The notes under the pieces: model-generated
Databases searched by the model: none
Told to the model about the DNA's origin: nothing
What the model saw: the letters and a program-made list of their open reading frames with translations, nothing else
Shown: positions 18,821-27,940 of the stretch, in pieces
Layout: each line of letters starts with the position of its first letter
Position numbering within the stretch: position 1 is the first letter of the stretch
Translations under genes and position numbers: made by a program
Origin: Aureliella sp.
GTDB lineage: Bacteria; Planctomycetota; Planctomycetia; Pirellulales; Pirellulaceae
Direction of reading: 5' to 3'
Length of the DNA: 64,000 nucleotides
Assembly (NCBI GenBank): GCA_963691875.1
Contig: OY829846.1
Location: 3,712,001-3,776,000 of the forward strand

Positions 18821-21800
18821 ATGAAGTCTCGCTTCCGTGCTGCTCTCGCAGTTTTAACACTCGCCTTGCTCTTATCTCCAGTTCTCGCACAGGAAGCCGA
18901 AAAGCCAGAATCGGAGTTACCCAAGCTGAAAACTTCCGATGTCTCAGCACTCAAACTGCGTTCCGTTGGCCCCGCTTTGATGTCGGGACGCATCGGCGAC
19001 TTAGCCGTTGATCCCGTAAAGCCAAACACTTGGTACGTGGCAGCTGGTTCTGGCAATGTTTGGAAGACGGATAACGCTGGAACAACCTGGAAGCCTATCT
19101 TTGAAAACTATGGTTCCTACTCAATTGGCTGCTTGGCCATCGACCCATCCAACCACAACACGTTGTGGGTTGGGACAGGTGAGAACGTCGGAGGGCGACA
19201 CATCGGCTTTGGCGACGGCATCTATGTTAGTCACAACGGCGGCAAGTCTTTCAAGAACATGGGGCTTAAGAAGTCAGAACACTTGAGCAAGATCATCGTT
19301 GATCCCTACGATCCGGACACTGTCTACGTCGCTTCCCAAGGTCCGCTATGGTCGGCAGGAGGCGAACGAGGATTGTACAAAACTACCGATGGTGGCGAGA
19401 ACTGGAAGCTCGTCCTCAGCAAGGGCAAGTGGACAGGCGTAACCGACATCGCCATGGATCCCGAAGACCCAATGGTGCTGTATGCCGTGACACACCAAAG
19501 GCATCGTACTGTCTGGGGAATCGTCAACGGCGGTCCTGAAAGCGGCGTCTTTAAGTCGACTGACTCTGGCGAGACTTGGACCGAGCTTAAGTCGGGTTTG
19601 CCCGGTGCGGACAAAGGCAAGATGTCGATCGCTGTTTCGCCACAAAAGTCAAACGTCGTCTACGTGACGATCGAGCTGGCGGGACGCACCGGTGGAATCT
19701 TTCGTTCCGAAGACTTTGGGGCCAGCTGGAAGAAAATGAGCGACTATGTCGGTGGCGGAACCGGTCCTCACTATTACCAAGAAATCTACTGTGATCCGCA
19801 TCGCTTCGATGTTCTCTATCACGCCAATGTCAATCTCGGACGTTCGATGGACGGTGGTGCGACTTGGGAAGCAGTCGAAAGTGGTCACAAGCACGTCGAC
19901 AACCACGCCGTTGCCTTTCACCCGACTGATCCCGACTTTGTTTTGGTAGGCTGTGATGGAGGCGTTTATCGCTCTTACGATTTTGCGAAAACCTACCAGT
20001 ACGTTTCCAACCTGCCGCTGACTCAGTTCTACAAAGTCGCCGTTTCCTACGAGGAACCATTTTATCACATTGCTGGCGGTACGCAGGATAACTACTCGCA
20101 GTACGGTCCAGCTCGCACTGCCGATAGCGGCATCATGAATCGCCATTGGCGCGTCACCATCGGTGGCGACGGTCATGACTGTGCGATCGATCCGAAGAAC
20201 CCGGACATCATCTACGGCGAATCACAGCAAGGTTTCATCCGTCGCTTTGATCGTCGCACGGGCGAAACTGTCGACATCAAGCCTCAACCCGGTGCTGGTG
20301 AAGAGGACCTACGACACAACTGGGACTCGCCGATCGAGATCAGCCCACACTCCAATACTCGACTGTACTTCGGCTCGAAGAAACTCCATCGCAGCGACGA
20401 CCGCGGCGACACTTGGACCACGATCAGTCCTGATCTTTCTCGCAATGTCAATCGTTTTGCACTTAAGCACATGGATCGTGTGTGGAGTGTCGATGCGATG
20501 TACGATTTGTTCGCGATGAGTCAGTATAGTAATCTCACTTCGATTGACGAATCGCCAGTAGTGGAAAACTTGATCTATGTCGGCACCGATGATGGCCTGA
20601 TCCAAGTCACCGAAGATGGCGGGAAGAACTGGCGGAGGATTGATAAGGTTTTCGGCGTGCCGGAGTACTTCTTCGTGAACGACATCAAGGCTGATCGTCA
20701 CGATGCGGATACGGTTTACGCTTGCGTCGACAATCACAAGACCGGTGACTATGCTCCTTACGTTCTGCGAAGTCGTGACCGCGGCGAGACTTGGGAGTCG
20801 ATCGTGGGTGACTTACCAGCGAATCACATTTGCTGGCGAATCATCCAGGATCACGTTAATCCTGACTTGCTGTTCCTTGGCACCGAGTACGGTGCTTACT
20901 TCACCGTAGATGCCGGTCAGCACTGGAGTAAGCTCCCTGGTGCACCCGTGATTCCATTCCGTGATTTAGAGATCCAGCGAGTCGAGAACGACTTGGTTGG
21001 CGCAACCTTTGGTCGCGGCTTCTACGTCTTAGATGACTACACACCGCTACGCAGCTTGGATCCTGAGTTGATTGCTGCCAAGAAGTTCCAGCTCTTCGAC
21101 ACGCGGCCCGCCAAGCTCTATGTCCGCAATGGCGAAGTCGGTGGCGGAACTGGTTTCCAAGGCGACAACACTTTCATTGCCGACAATCCTCCGTTTGGCG
21201 CTGTGTTCACGTACTACATGCCTGAGACCCTGCAGACAGCAAAAGCGAAGCGAGCGGAGCGTGAATCGAAGCTCGCCGCAGCTGGCGAGGACAATCCTGC
21301 TCCGGATTGGGAAGCGATGCACGAAGAGAATTACGAGGAAGCACCTCAAATTATCCTAACCATCCGCAACAGCTTGGGCGAAGTTGTCAATCGCGTGACC
21401 GGACCTGCGAGCAAGGGTTTGCACCGCGTATCCTGGGGGCTGCGTTACGGCACTGACATGGGACGTGGACCTTATGCTGTTCCGGGCAAGTACACCGTCG
21501 AAGTGGCTCAGCGTGCTAATGATGAGACCAAGCAACTGTCAGAAGCCAAGTCCTTCGAGGTTGTCTTGGCCATGAACTCCACTCTGGAGCCCCAAGATCG
21601 CGAAGCGACTCTTGCGTTCCAGATGGAGATGGGCGAATTGCAACGCAAGGCCATCGGAGCCGGTCGCAAGTTATCCGAAGCGATGGAGCAACTGGACGAA
21701 ATCAAGTCCGTGCTCAAGCGATCTCGTACTGCTGATCCAGCCATCTACGATCAAGCTCGTGCCATCGAGAAACGAATGCTCGCCATCGACCGTCAACTGA

Positions 21801-22063
21801 ACGGCGATTCCATCAAGGATGAACGAAGTCAGCTTGGTCAGGTGTCCATCATGAGCCGCTTGCAGACTGCTCTGTTTGGCACGATGGGACAGACTTACGG
21901 TCCAACCAACACGCATCGTGAGCAGTTCGCGATTGCATCCAACGAGTTCAAGAAGCTTAGGCCTGAATTGCGCAAGGTGCTCGATCAAGAGATGAGCAAG
22001 TTGATGCAAACGCTTGACGAAGCCGGGGTCGCTTGGACCAGCGGTCGCAAACTGCCTGAGTAA
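18821..22063 (+). CDS. Exported BNR/Asp-box (VPS10/sortilin-like) beta-propeller protein
   Basis: Signal peptide, LRSVGPALMSGRI, many S/T-x-D-x-G-x-T/S-W Asp boxes and a C-terminal coiled coil. Confidence 0.88.
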   Translation: MKSRFRAALAVLTLALLLSPVLAQEAEKPESELPKLKTSDVSALKLRSVGPALMSGRIGDLAVDPVKPNTWYVAAGSGNVWKTDNAGTTWKPIFENYGSYSIGCLAIDPSNHNTLWVGTGENVGGRHIGFGDGIYVSHNGGKSFKNMGLKKSEHLSKIIVDPYDPDTVYVASQGPLWSAGGERGLYKTTDGGENWKLVLSKGKWTGVTDIAMDPEDPMVLYAVTHQRHRTVWGIVNGGPESGVFKSTDSGETWTELKSGLPGADKGKMSIAVSPQKSNVVYVTIELAGRTGGIFRSEDFGASWKKMSDYVGGGTGPHYYQEIYCDPHRFDVLYHANVNLGRSMDGGATWEAVESGHKHVDNHAVAFHPTDPDFVLVGCDGGVYRSYDFAKTYQYVSNLPLTQFYKVAVSYEEPFYHIAGGTQDNYSQYGPARTADSGIMNRHWRVTIGGDGHDCAIDPKNPDIIYGESQQGFIRRFDRRTGETVDIKPQPGAGEEDLRHNWDSPIEISPHSNTRLYFGSKKLHRSDDRGDTWTTISPDLSRNVNRFALKHMDRVWSVDAMYDLFAMSQYSNLTSIDESPVVENLIYVGTDDGLIQVTEDGGKNWRRIDKVFGVPEYFFVNDIKADRHDADTVYACVDNHKTGDYAPYVLRSRDRGETWESIVGDLPANHICWRIIQDHVNPDLLFLGTEYGAYFTVDAGQHWSKLPGAPVIPFRDLEIQRVENDLVGATFGRGFYVLDDYTPLRSLDPELIAAKKFQLFDTRPAKLYVRNGEVGGGTGFQGDNTFIADNPPFGAVFTYYMPETLQTAKAKRAERESKLAAAGEDNPAPDWEAMHEENYEEAPQIILTIRNSLGEVVNRVTGPASKGLHRVSWGLRYGTDMGRGPYAVPGKYTVEVAQRANDETKQLSEAKSFEVVLAMNSTLEPQDREATLAFQMEMGELQRKAIGAGRKLSEAMEQLDEIKSVLKRSRTADPAIYDQARAIEKRMLAIDRQLNGDSIKDERSQLGQVSIMSRLQTALFGTMGQTYGPTNTHREQFAIASNEFKKLRPELRKVLDQEMSKLMQTLDEAGVAWTSGRKLPE

Positions 22064-22626
22064 GGAGCTCTTTGTGATAAGCAGTTGGCTGTTAGCGATT
22101 TGCTTTCAGCCAACAAAGTGGGACACCAGAAGACGATTTTCCCCAGTTGCAAGGCAGCATGGGAACGATTGTTCTTCTTTTGGATGTCATTCAGAAGCGT
22201 CACCTCCTCTTTGCTCACGCTCCAGCGTATTTCTGCACCAAGATGTATCCGTCGTTTTTTCCTCTGCCGTAGCGAGCTGCGTGAGAGTCATACTTGGGAA
22301 ATGTCTCGTCGTGCTGTGACAGCTCAAGTATTTACATCAGTGGTAGTTCAGGAGTTCAAAGCCAGCCCCGCCGCAAGATGCCAAACACGCAGTCGCGTTC
22401 TACATCCCCTGCAACAGCAGTTGGGAGATCTGGATACGTAGCCTAAATAACTTCTAGCGAGAGTTGCCGATCGCTCCGTCGATCGTCGCTTGAGCCATGC
22501 ATTGCCATTCGGGGCAGACACCGGTAGAACACCTTAAACGAGCAATCTCGCAAAAGTGTTGAACCTGCGATGCTCATGACAAGCAAGATGCCTCACCGAT
22601 GGCAAACGCGAGAACGGACTTAAATT

Positions 22627-22923
22627 ATGGCGTCATTAGAATCTGCCGAATACTGGCGAGCTCTCTTTTCTCACTGGCCCGATGAGATTGAACGACGGGG
22701 CATGGTGCTGACAAAGCAGGGCGAGGTGGTTTCGTTTGACAATTTCTTAGTCTCAGCAGGGTTGTTGCTGCTGGAAAGAAGTGCTCCCGATGCATCGGGG
22801 GCGCGCAAAGCTTTCGTGGGTTACGACTCGATCGCGCTGGTTAAGATGCCGACGACAGCAGACATCGAAGACTTTCTGACTATGGGATTCCAACCGCCCC
22901 GACCTCGAACGCAGAACGCATAA
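22627..22923 (+). CDS. Small hypothetical protein
   Basis: 98-aa ORF with an upstream GGA and a globular composition; LLLERSAPDASGAR motif. Confidence 0.65.
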   Translation: MASLESAEYWRALFSHWPDEIERRGMVLTKQGEVVSFDNFLVSAGLLLLERSAPDASGARKAFVGYDSIALVKMPTTADIEDFLTMGFQPPRPRTQNA

Positions 22924-23066
22924 CTCATTTGTGAACGAAGCTTCGGATACGATGTTCAACGACCAACCAACGCCGGCAGAAGACGCTGCCTTGCCTTAGC
23001 TGCTCGCACTTATCACCAGCCGACTTTTGTTGGTTGGCAATACTCATACTTTTTTTGGAAAAGGGT

Positions 23067-23094
23067 TTGCATGGGTGTCAAAAACCGATATGCT
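23067..23094 (+). promoter_or_regulatory. Putative sigma70 promoter (TTGCAT-16 bp-TATGCT) for the DUF1559 operon
   Basis: -35/-10-like hexamers in an AT-rich intergenic region, directly followed by the Fur-like box. Confidence 0.5.
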
Positions 23095-23095
23095 T

Positions 23096-23114
23096 ATTGA
23101 CATCAAATCTCAAA
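23096..23114. promoter_or_regulatory. Fur-like box 1 (ATTGACATCAAATCTCAAA)
   Basis: 19-bp imperfect palindrome matching the copies at 51329, 58423 and 59579. Confidence 0.6.
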
Positions 23115-23239
23115 TGCACCACCCCAGCGAGCCAAATTTCGTGGAATTCTCTCCCACGAATCGTTAGCCAGCCAGGCAATGCGAAGTCGTGACGACAAAT
23201 TTGTCGTTGCGAACCACTCATTTTCTTGGAGGCTCGCCA

Positions 23240-24169
23240 ATGCGATCCAGTCAGCAATTTCTGCGTCGAAGGTGCGCATTCACACTCGTTGAACTCTTAG
23301 TCGTCATTGCCATTATTGGCATTCTGGTCGGTCTTCTTTTGCCGGCAGTGCAGTCAGCTCGTGAAGCTGCTCGCCGCATGAGCTGTCAAAACAACCTCAA
23401 GCAGATTGGCTTGGCGATTCATAACTACCACGACACCTATCGTCAGTTCCCGTGGGTGAATGCAAATAGCACGTTAGGAGGTGGGAGTGCGTTTGTCGCG
23501 ATTCTTCCACACATGGAGCAGACCAACGCGTTCCGCCTCTATGACTTCACGAAATCGAATCGTGATCCTTACAACCGCCAAGTCGTTTCGCAGCGGCTTC
23601 CATTTTATTGGTGTCCATCTGCGGTCGAGCGTCGTCCGGTTCCTGAGTGCGATAGCGATGCGGGCCGTGCGCCTGGATCTTATGCGGTAAACATTGGAAC
23701 CGAGGACTACAACCAATACTGGTCGTACTTTGGACTGCCCCAGCCCAGTTTGGACGGCATGATCGTCTACTCGGACGTTCGCGATCGCAAAACCAAGTTT
23801 GCTTCTGTGACTGACGGGAGTTCAAACACTTTGTTGGTTGGTGAAACCGCCTACAACCTGCCTGATTACTTGTTTTCGTTTGGCAGTTGTCGAGGCGAAT
23901 CTCGCTTCTCGTTCACCTACTGGTGTAATCCGTATCCGGGTTCGACTGCTTGTACAACTGAATACGCTTTCAATCCGAACGATGTTTGGAATGATGGCGT
24001 CTTTGACCGGGGCTGGGTGCGTTCCTTCCGAAGTGATCACGTAGGCGGCGTTCAGTTTGTCTTTGGCGACGGCTCCGTTCACTTCGTCTCGGAGAACATC
24101 AACGCGCAAACGCTCGATAAGTTGGCTGCCCGCAATGACGGCGAAGTGCTTGGTGACTGGGGGCAGTAA
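23240..24169 (+). CDS. DUF1559 domain prepilin-like protein
   Basis: [54 protein letters not shown] and the H-x9-DG motif ([16 protein letters not shown]). A GGAGG RBS precedes the ATG. Confidence 0.95.
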   Translation: MRSSQQFLRRRCAFTLVELLVVIAIIGILVGLLLPAVQSAREAARRMSCQNNLKQIGLAIHNYHDTYRQFPWVNANSTLGGGSAFVAILPHMEQTNAFRLYDFTKSNRDPYNRQVVSQRLPFYWCPSAVERRPVPECDSDAGRAPGSYAVNIGTEDYNQYWSYFGLPQPSLDGMIVYSDVRDRKTKFASVTDGSSNTLLVGETAYNLPDYLFSFGSCRGESRFSFTYWCNPYPGSTACTTEYAFNPNDVWNDGVFDRGWVRSFRSDHVGGVQFVFGDGSVHFVSENINAQTLDKLAARNDGEVLGDWGQ

Positions 24170-24170
24170 G

Positions 24171-24623
24171 GTGAGTGTTGCTGTTCGTTGCGGCTTGATT
24201 TTCCTCGCGTCATTTCTTCTGGCAGGCTGTGGAGGTCCCGAAGGCCCTCCGCGAGCTGCGGTTGAAGGCACGGTAACGCTAGACGGCAAGCCGCTGGCTG
24301 CCGGGATGGTTCGTTTCGTGCCGAAGGATGGGACGCCAGGGCATAAGGTTTCGGTTTCCATTGAGGCAGGTAAGTTCAGTGTTGGTGCTGAGCACGGACC
24401 GGCGGTCGGGGCGCATCGAATCGAGATCGAGTCCTCGGATACGGGCGGTCTCGCCATGGATGATGAGGACACAATCGACAAGATGCAGGATGAGGGCATT
24501 AGGCGAGTCAAGGTGGTGAAGGTGCCGCCTTGGTACAACCGCGAGAGCAAGCTGGCGGAGACTGTCTCTGCTAGCGAGCCGAATCAGTATGTCTTCGAGC
24601 TATCGACAAAGCGTCGACGCTGA
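24171..24623 (+). CDS. Lipoprotein typically paired with DUF1559 genes (carboxypeptidase regulatory-like fold)
   Basis: Lipobox LLAGC, VEGTVTLDGKPL, GPAVGAHRIEI and VPPWYN. Confidence 0.85.
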   Translation: MSVAVRCGLIFLASFLLAGCGGPEGPPRAAVEGTVTLDGKPLAAGMVRFVPKDGTPGHKVSVSIEAGKFSVGAEHGPAVGAHRIEIESSDTGGLAMDDEDTIDKMQDEGIRRVKVVKVPPWYNRESKLAETVSASEPNQYVFELSTKRRR

Positions 24624-24659
24624 AGTTGTTTTTGTGGTCATAAAAGTTAGGGCAAAGGC

Positions 24660-25472
24660 ATGAGTCAAGAAGTTGAGCAAGGATTGCGAGTTCCTCGGCA
24701 AGCCGAAACTCTGGAGCAGTTTGCACCGAGGTTGTGCGGATTGCCCGGTTGGGAGAACTACTCTGCCGGGCAACTTTGGCCAGCGCTCAAGGAAATCACT
24801 CGAGCAGTTGCGGCCGACGAAGATGTGGGGCGAAACTGGGAGCTGATGGGGCTCATTTTTCGTGACATGGCTAAGCCTAAGTCAGCGATTAACGCTTTCG
24901 AGCAAGCCTCAGTTTTGGTTCCACTACATCCTTTTTCCAGCTTATGTTTGGCTGAGTGCTATGGCTCGATCGGTAAGCGAGAGCTTGCTCGGGATCTGTA
25001 CTTAGTGCAAGCGGAAAGCGAGCAGGTCATGGCCTCTACCGACCTCATGCTACTTGTTGCTTCAGGTTTTGAAGGCATCGATGAACCGCATCTAGCTATG
25101 GAGCTTTGCCGGCAGGCGAGTCAGCTTGACCCGGGGAGTGGGCAAGCCGCTTATGACATGTGCTTCTATGCGTCGCGCTGCGGCGCACAGCCAGCTTTGG
25201 TCGAATCGCTAGCGTGGCGAGCGGTGGAGCTGGAACCTCGCAATGCGCACTTTCGCGTCGGTCTCGCCTCACTGCTGATTCGAATGCATCGATTCGACAA
25301 GGCGTACTGGATCGCGAGTAGTCTGACCGAGTGTCAGATCTTTGACATCACCTGCGAGTGCTGCCTCGAGCGTATTGAGCGGCTATTTGAGTTTCGTGGT
25401 GACGAAGGGCGCGTTGCCGCCTGTCGGCAGAGAGTGCACTTCCTCAACCGGGCGAAGAGTGAATCAAGATAG
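24660..25472 (+). CDS. TPR-like protein with a C-terminal CxCC motif
   Basis: TPR-like helical repeats and ITCECCLER; paralogous to 33287-34033. Confidence 0.75.
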   Translation: MSQEVEQGLRVPRQAETLEQFAPRLCGLPGWENYSAGQLWPALKEITRAVAADEDVGRNWELMGLIFRDMAKPKSAINAFEQASVLVPLHPFSSLCLAECYGSIGKRELARDLYLVQAESEQVMASTDLMLLVASGFEGIDEPHLAMELCRQASQLDPGSGQAAYDMCFYASRCGAQPALVESLAWRAVELEPRNAHFRVGLASLLIRMHRFDKAYWIASSLTECQIFDITCECCLERIERLFEFRGDEGRVAACRQRVHFLNRAKSESR

Positions 25473-25490
25473 GGCTCAACTAGGAGTGAA

Positions 25491-27080
25491 ATGATGACAT
25501 CCGTACTTTGGACGCTCAGCCTGCATCTCGCCGTCTTCGCAGGCAGCTTTGCCGTCTACCTTGTTATCATGGCGATTCGTGTCCGGATTGCCCGGCCTAG
25601 GCCCGAGCTAGGTACTGATAGAGATTTTAAGCCATCTGCTTTTGCGAGTACGCCGAGTGTATTTGCAGACGAGCTTTTGCGCCGAGTGGTCCATCCGCAC
25701 GAACAAGGTGTTGCCACGATCGAGCGTAATTGCATGCAAGGGAGAACAGAAATGCCAGCAGCAAGTTGGAAAATAGCTCAAGTAAAACAGTTGTGTTTAT
25801 TTGCGATCATCGGATTAACTCTGTCGCAAGCATCCGTTGCCCAATCCAGCGACTGGGTGAAGTTTCAGAATGGAGGCAAGTGCTTCCTGGATTCTGATTT
25901 GCCCATTCAATGGTCGGAGAGCAAGAACATTGCCTGGCAAGTGGATTTGCCTGGCTACGGACAATCATCGCCAATCGTCATTGGCTCCACGGTAATCGTG
26001 ACCACCACGGAAGGTGGCAATAAAGAGAAGTATCATTTGCTGGCCTACGATCTCGAGTCGGGGAAACCGATATGGGCGAAGCAGTTTGCGAACCCAACAC
26101 CACAGGAAAACACCAGTTACGTCAGCCGGGCGGCTCCCACACCCGTGGCAGATGCTCAAGCTGTCTACGCTTTTTTTGAAGGTGGTTTGCTGGCAGCAGT
26201 CTCCTTGGATGGCGAGCAACTGTGGAAGCGCGACTTGATCGCAGAGTTCGGTGCTGTCTCAGCCAGACATGGCCTAGCTTCTTCACCGGAACTCAGCGAC
26301 GAGACAGTGTTCGTATGGGTCGAACGCAGCGAAGACCCTTTCCTGATGTGCCTTGATAAGAATAGTGGTGAAACCAAGTGGAAGATCACTGGCGTCGGAG
26401 CCACAAGTTGGAGTTCTCTACGGCTTATCCCTGTCGACAATGACAACCAACACTTGGTCTGCAGCGCTAGTGGCAAGATCGTCGGGTTTGATCCGGTAAC
26501 GGGCAATCGACTTTGGGAGTTTGACAAAGTTTCCAACAACACTTCCTGCACTCCGATACCGTTGGGCGAAGGTAAGTTTCTGGTTGGAGCTTCCGATGGA
26601 CGTGGTGGTGAGCCAGGTTCAGGGGCTGCGTCCAACGGCGTAATTCAGCTAACGCAAACAAACGGCAAATGGTCCGCTGACTTCATTTGGCAAGCAAAAC
26701 GAGCGACAGCTAGTTTCGGCAGCTCGATTGTCTTCAAGGATTCTGCCTTCATCGTCAATCGCGAAGGCATTCTCTACGAGCTGGATGCAAACAGTGGAAA
26801 ACGGCGTTCAATGAAGCGCACCAAGGCTGGCAGCATCTGGGCCACACCGCTAGTCGCTGCTGGCAAGCTTTATCTGTTTGGCCGCTCGGGCATGACAAGC
26901 GTCATCGATCTGTCCAGCGGAGAAGAGATCGCATCCAATCCGCTTTGGACTCCCAAGCCTGCTGCAGACGGCGAGCGTTCCTTCGGAGGTTCGGTTCTCT
27001 ACGCTGCAGCTGCCAAGGCACCACACTTGATTCTCCGGCGCGGCGATAAGTTATATTCGATTCTTTCTGAGAAACCTTAA
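25491..27080 (+). CDS. PQQ-like (BamB-type) beta-propeller protein; second in-frame start at 25752
   Basis: DWVKFQNGG, WQVDLPGYGQSSPI, A/S-P/T-P repeats and LILRRGDKLY. Confidence 0.85.
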   Translation: MMTSVLWTLSLHLAVFAGSFAVYLVIMAIRVRIARPRPELGTDRDFKPSAFASTPSVFADELLRRVVHPHEQGVATIERNCMQGRTEMPAASWKIAQVKQLCLFAIIGLTLSQASVAQSSDWVKFQNGGKCFLDSDLPIQWSESKNIAWQVDLPGYGQSSPIVIGSTVIVTTTEGGNKEKYHLLAYDLESGKPIWAKQFANPTPQENTSYVSRAAPTPVADAQAVYAFFEGGLLAAVSLDGEQLWKRDLIAEFGAVSARHGLASSPELSDETVFVWVERSEDPFLMCLDKNSGETKWKITGVGATSWSSLRLIPVDNDNQHLVCSASGKIVGFDPVTGNRLWEFDKVSNNTSCTPIPLGEGKFLVGASDGRGGEPGSGAASNGVIQLTQTNGKWSADFIWQAKRATASFGSSIVFKDSAFIVNREGILYELDANSGKRRSMKRTKAGSIWATPLVAAGKLYLFGRSGMTSVIDLSSGEEIASNPLWTPKPAADGERSFGGSVLYAAAAKAPHLILRRGDKLYSILSEKP

Positions 27081-27181
27081 AAGTCATTCCAGTTTGGCGG
27101 CGTTTCACGCGTCATGAGAATGCGTCGTGGCGCCGCCAAACTCTCCACCAATCCCAAACAACCTTCCGGGAGATCCAATCC

Positions 27182-27877
27182 GTGTCACACCACCTCAATA
27201 AATTCGTTTTCCTAGCACTAGTCCTGGGCCTTCTCATCCCGCGTGCCGAGGCCCATTTTCCTTGGCTGATTGTAAATGAAGACGGTAAGGCTGCTTTGTT
27301 CTTCGGTGAGAGCATTGCCGAGCGGAGCTACAAACTGCCACCGACAATTGCAAAAGCAAAAATCAACGCATGGGCGAAAGCGAAAAGCACCAAGGTAAAG
27401 ACGACGACACTTGAGTCGGATGAATTCATCGGCCTCGTTTCAGAAGAGAAAGTTGGTGATGTCCGTTCTTTGTCCACGAATGTTACCTACGGCATCTACA
27501 ACGGCAACCGCCTCAATTACTTTGCCCGCCACCTCACTGGCCTGCGTAAGAAGAAGGGCAAGCCACAGGCCAAAGCGAAGCTGAGCGCCCAAGTTGTTGA
27601 CACTGACGAAGGTGTGGACGTTTATGTCTACGAACTCGGCAAGCCCATGGAAGGCATCGAAGTGCATCTGTACTGCAGCGCAGGCCACGAAGAGGGCACA
27701 GGTAAGACGGACGCCAGTGGCAAGATTTCCTTCACAGACAAAGAAGTCGAAGACGGCTTAAACGGCATCATGTTTGGCCACACAGTCAAGGGAGACGCGG
27801 GCGAACTCAACGGAGAGAATTTCGAGTCCACCATGTACTACTTCACCTTGACCTTCAACGATCCAGAAGACAAATAG
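27182..27877 (+). CDS. Exported DUF4198-like protein
   Basis: Signal peptide AEA|HFPWL leaves an N-terminal His; C-terminal GKPMEGIEV...GKTDASGKISF. Confidence 0.6.
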   Translation: MSHHLNKFVFLALVLGLLIPRAEAHFPWLIVNEDGKAALFFGESIAERSYKLPPTIAKAKINAWAKAKSTKVKTTTLESDEFIGLVSEEKVGDVRSLSTNVTYGIYNGNRLNYFARHLTGLRKKKGKPQAKAKLSAQVVDTDEGVDVYVYELGKPMEGIEVHLYCSAGHEEGTGKTDASGKISFTDKEVEDGLNGIMFGHTVKGDAGELNGENFESTMYYFTLTFNDPEDK

Positions 27878-27940
27878 TCTTCAGTTCAATAGTGGTTGCT
27901 TCTTCTTTCGGGACTGACCGAACATCTAATAGGCACAGAT

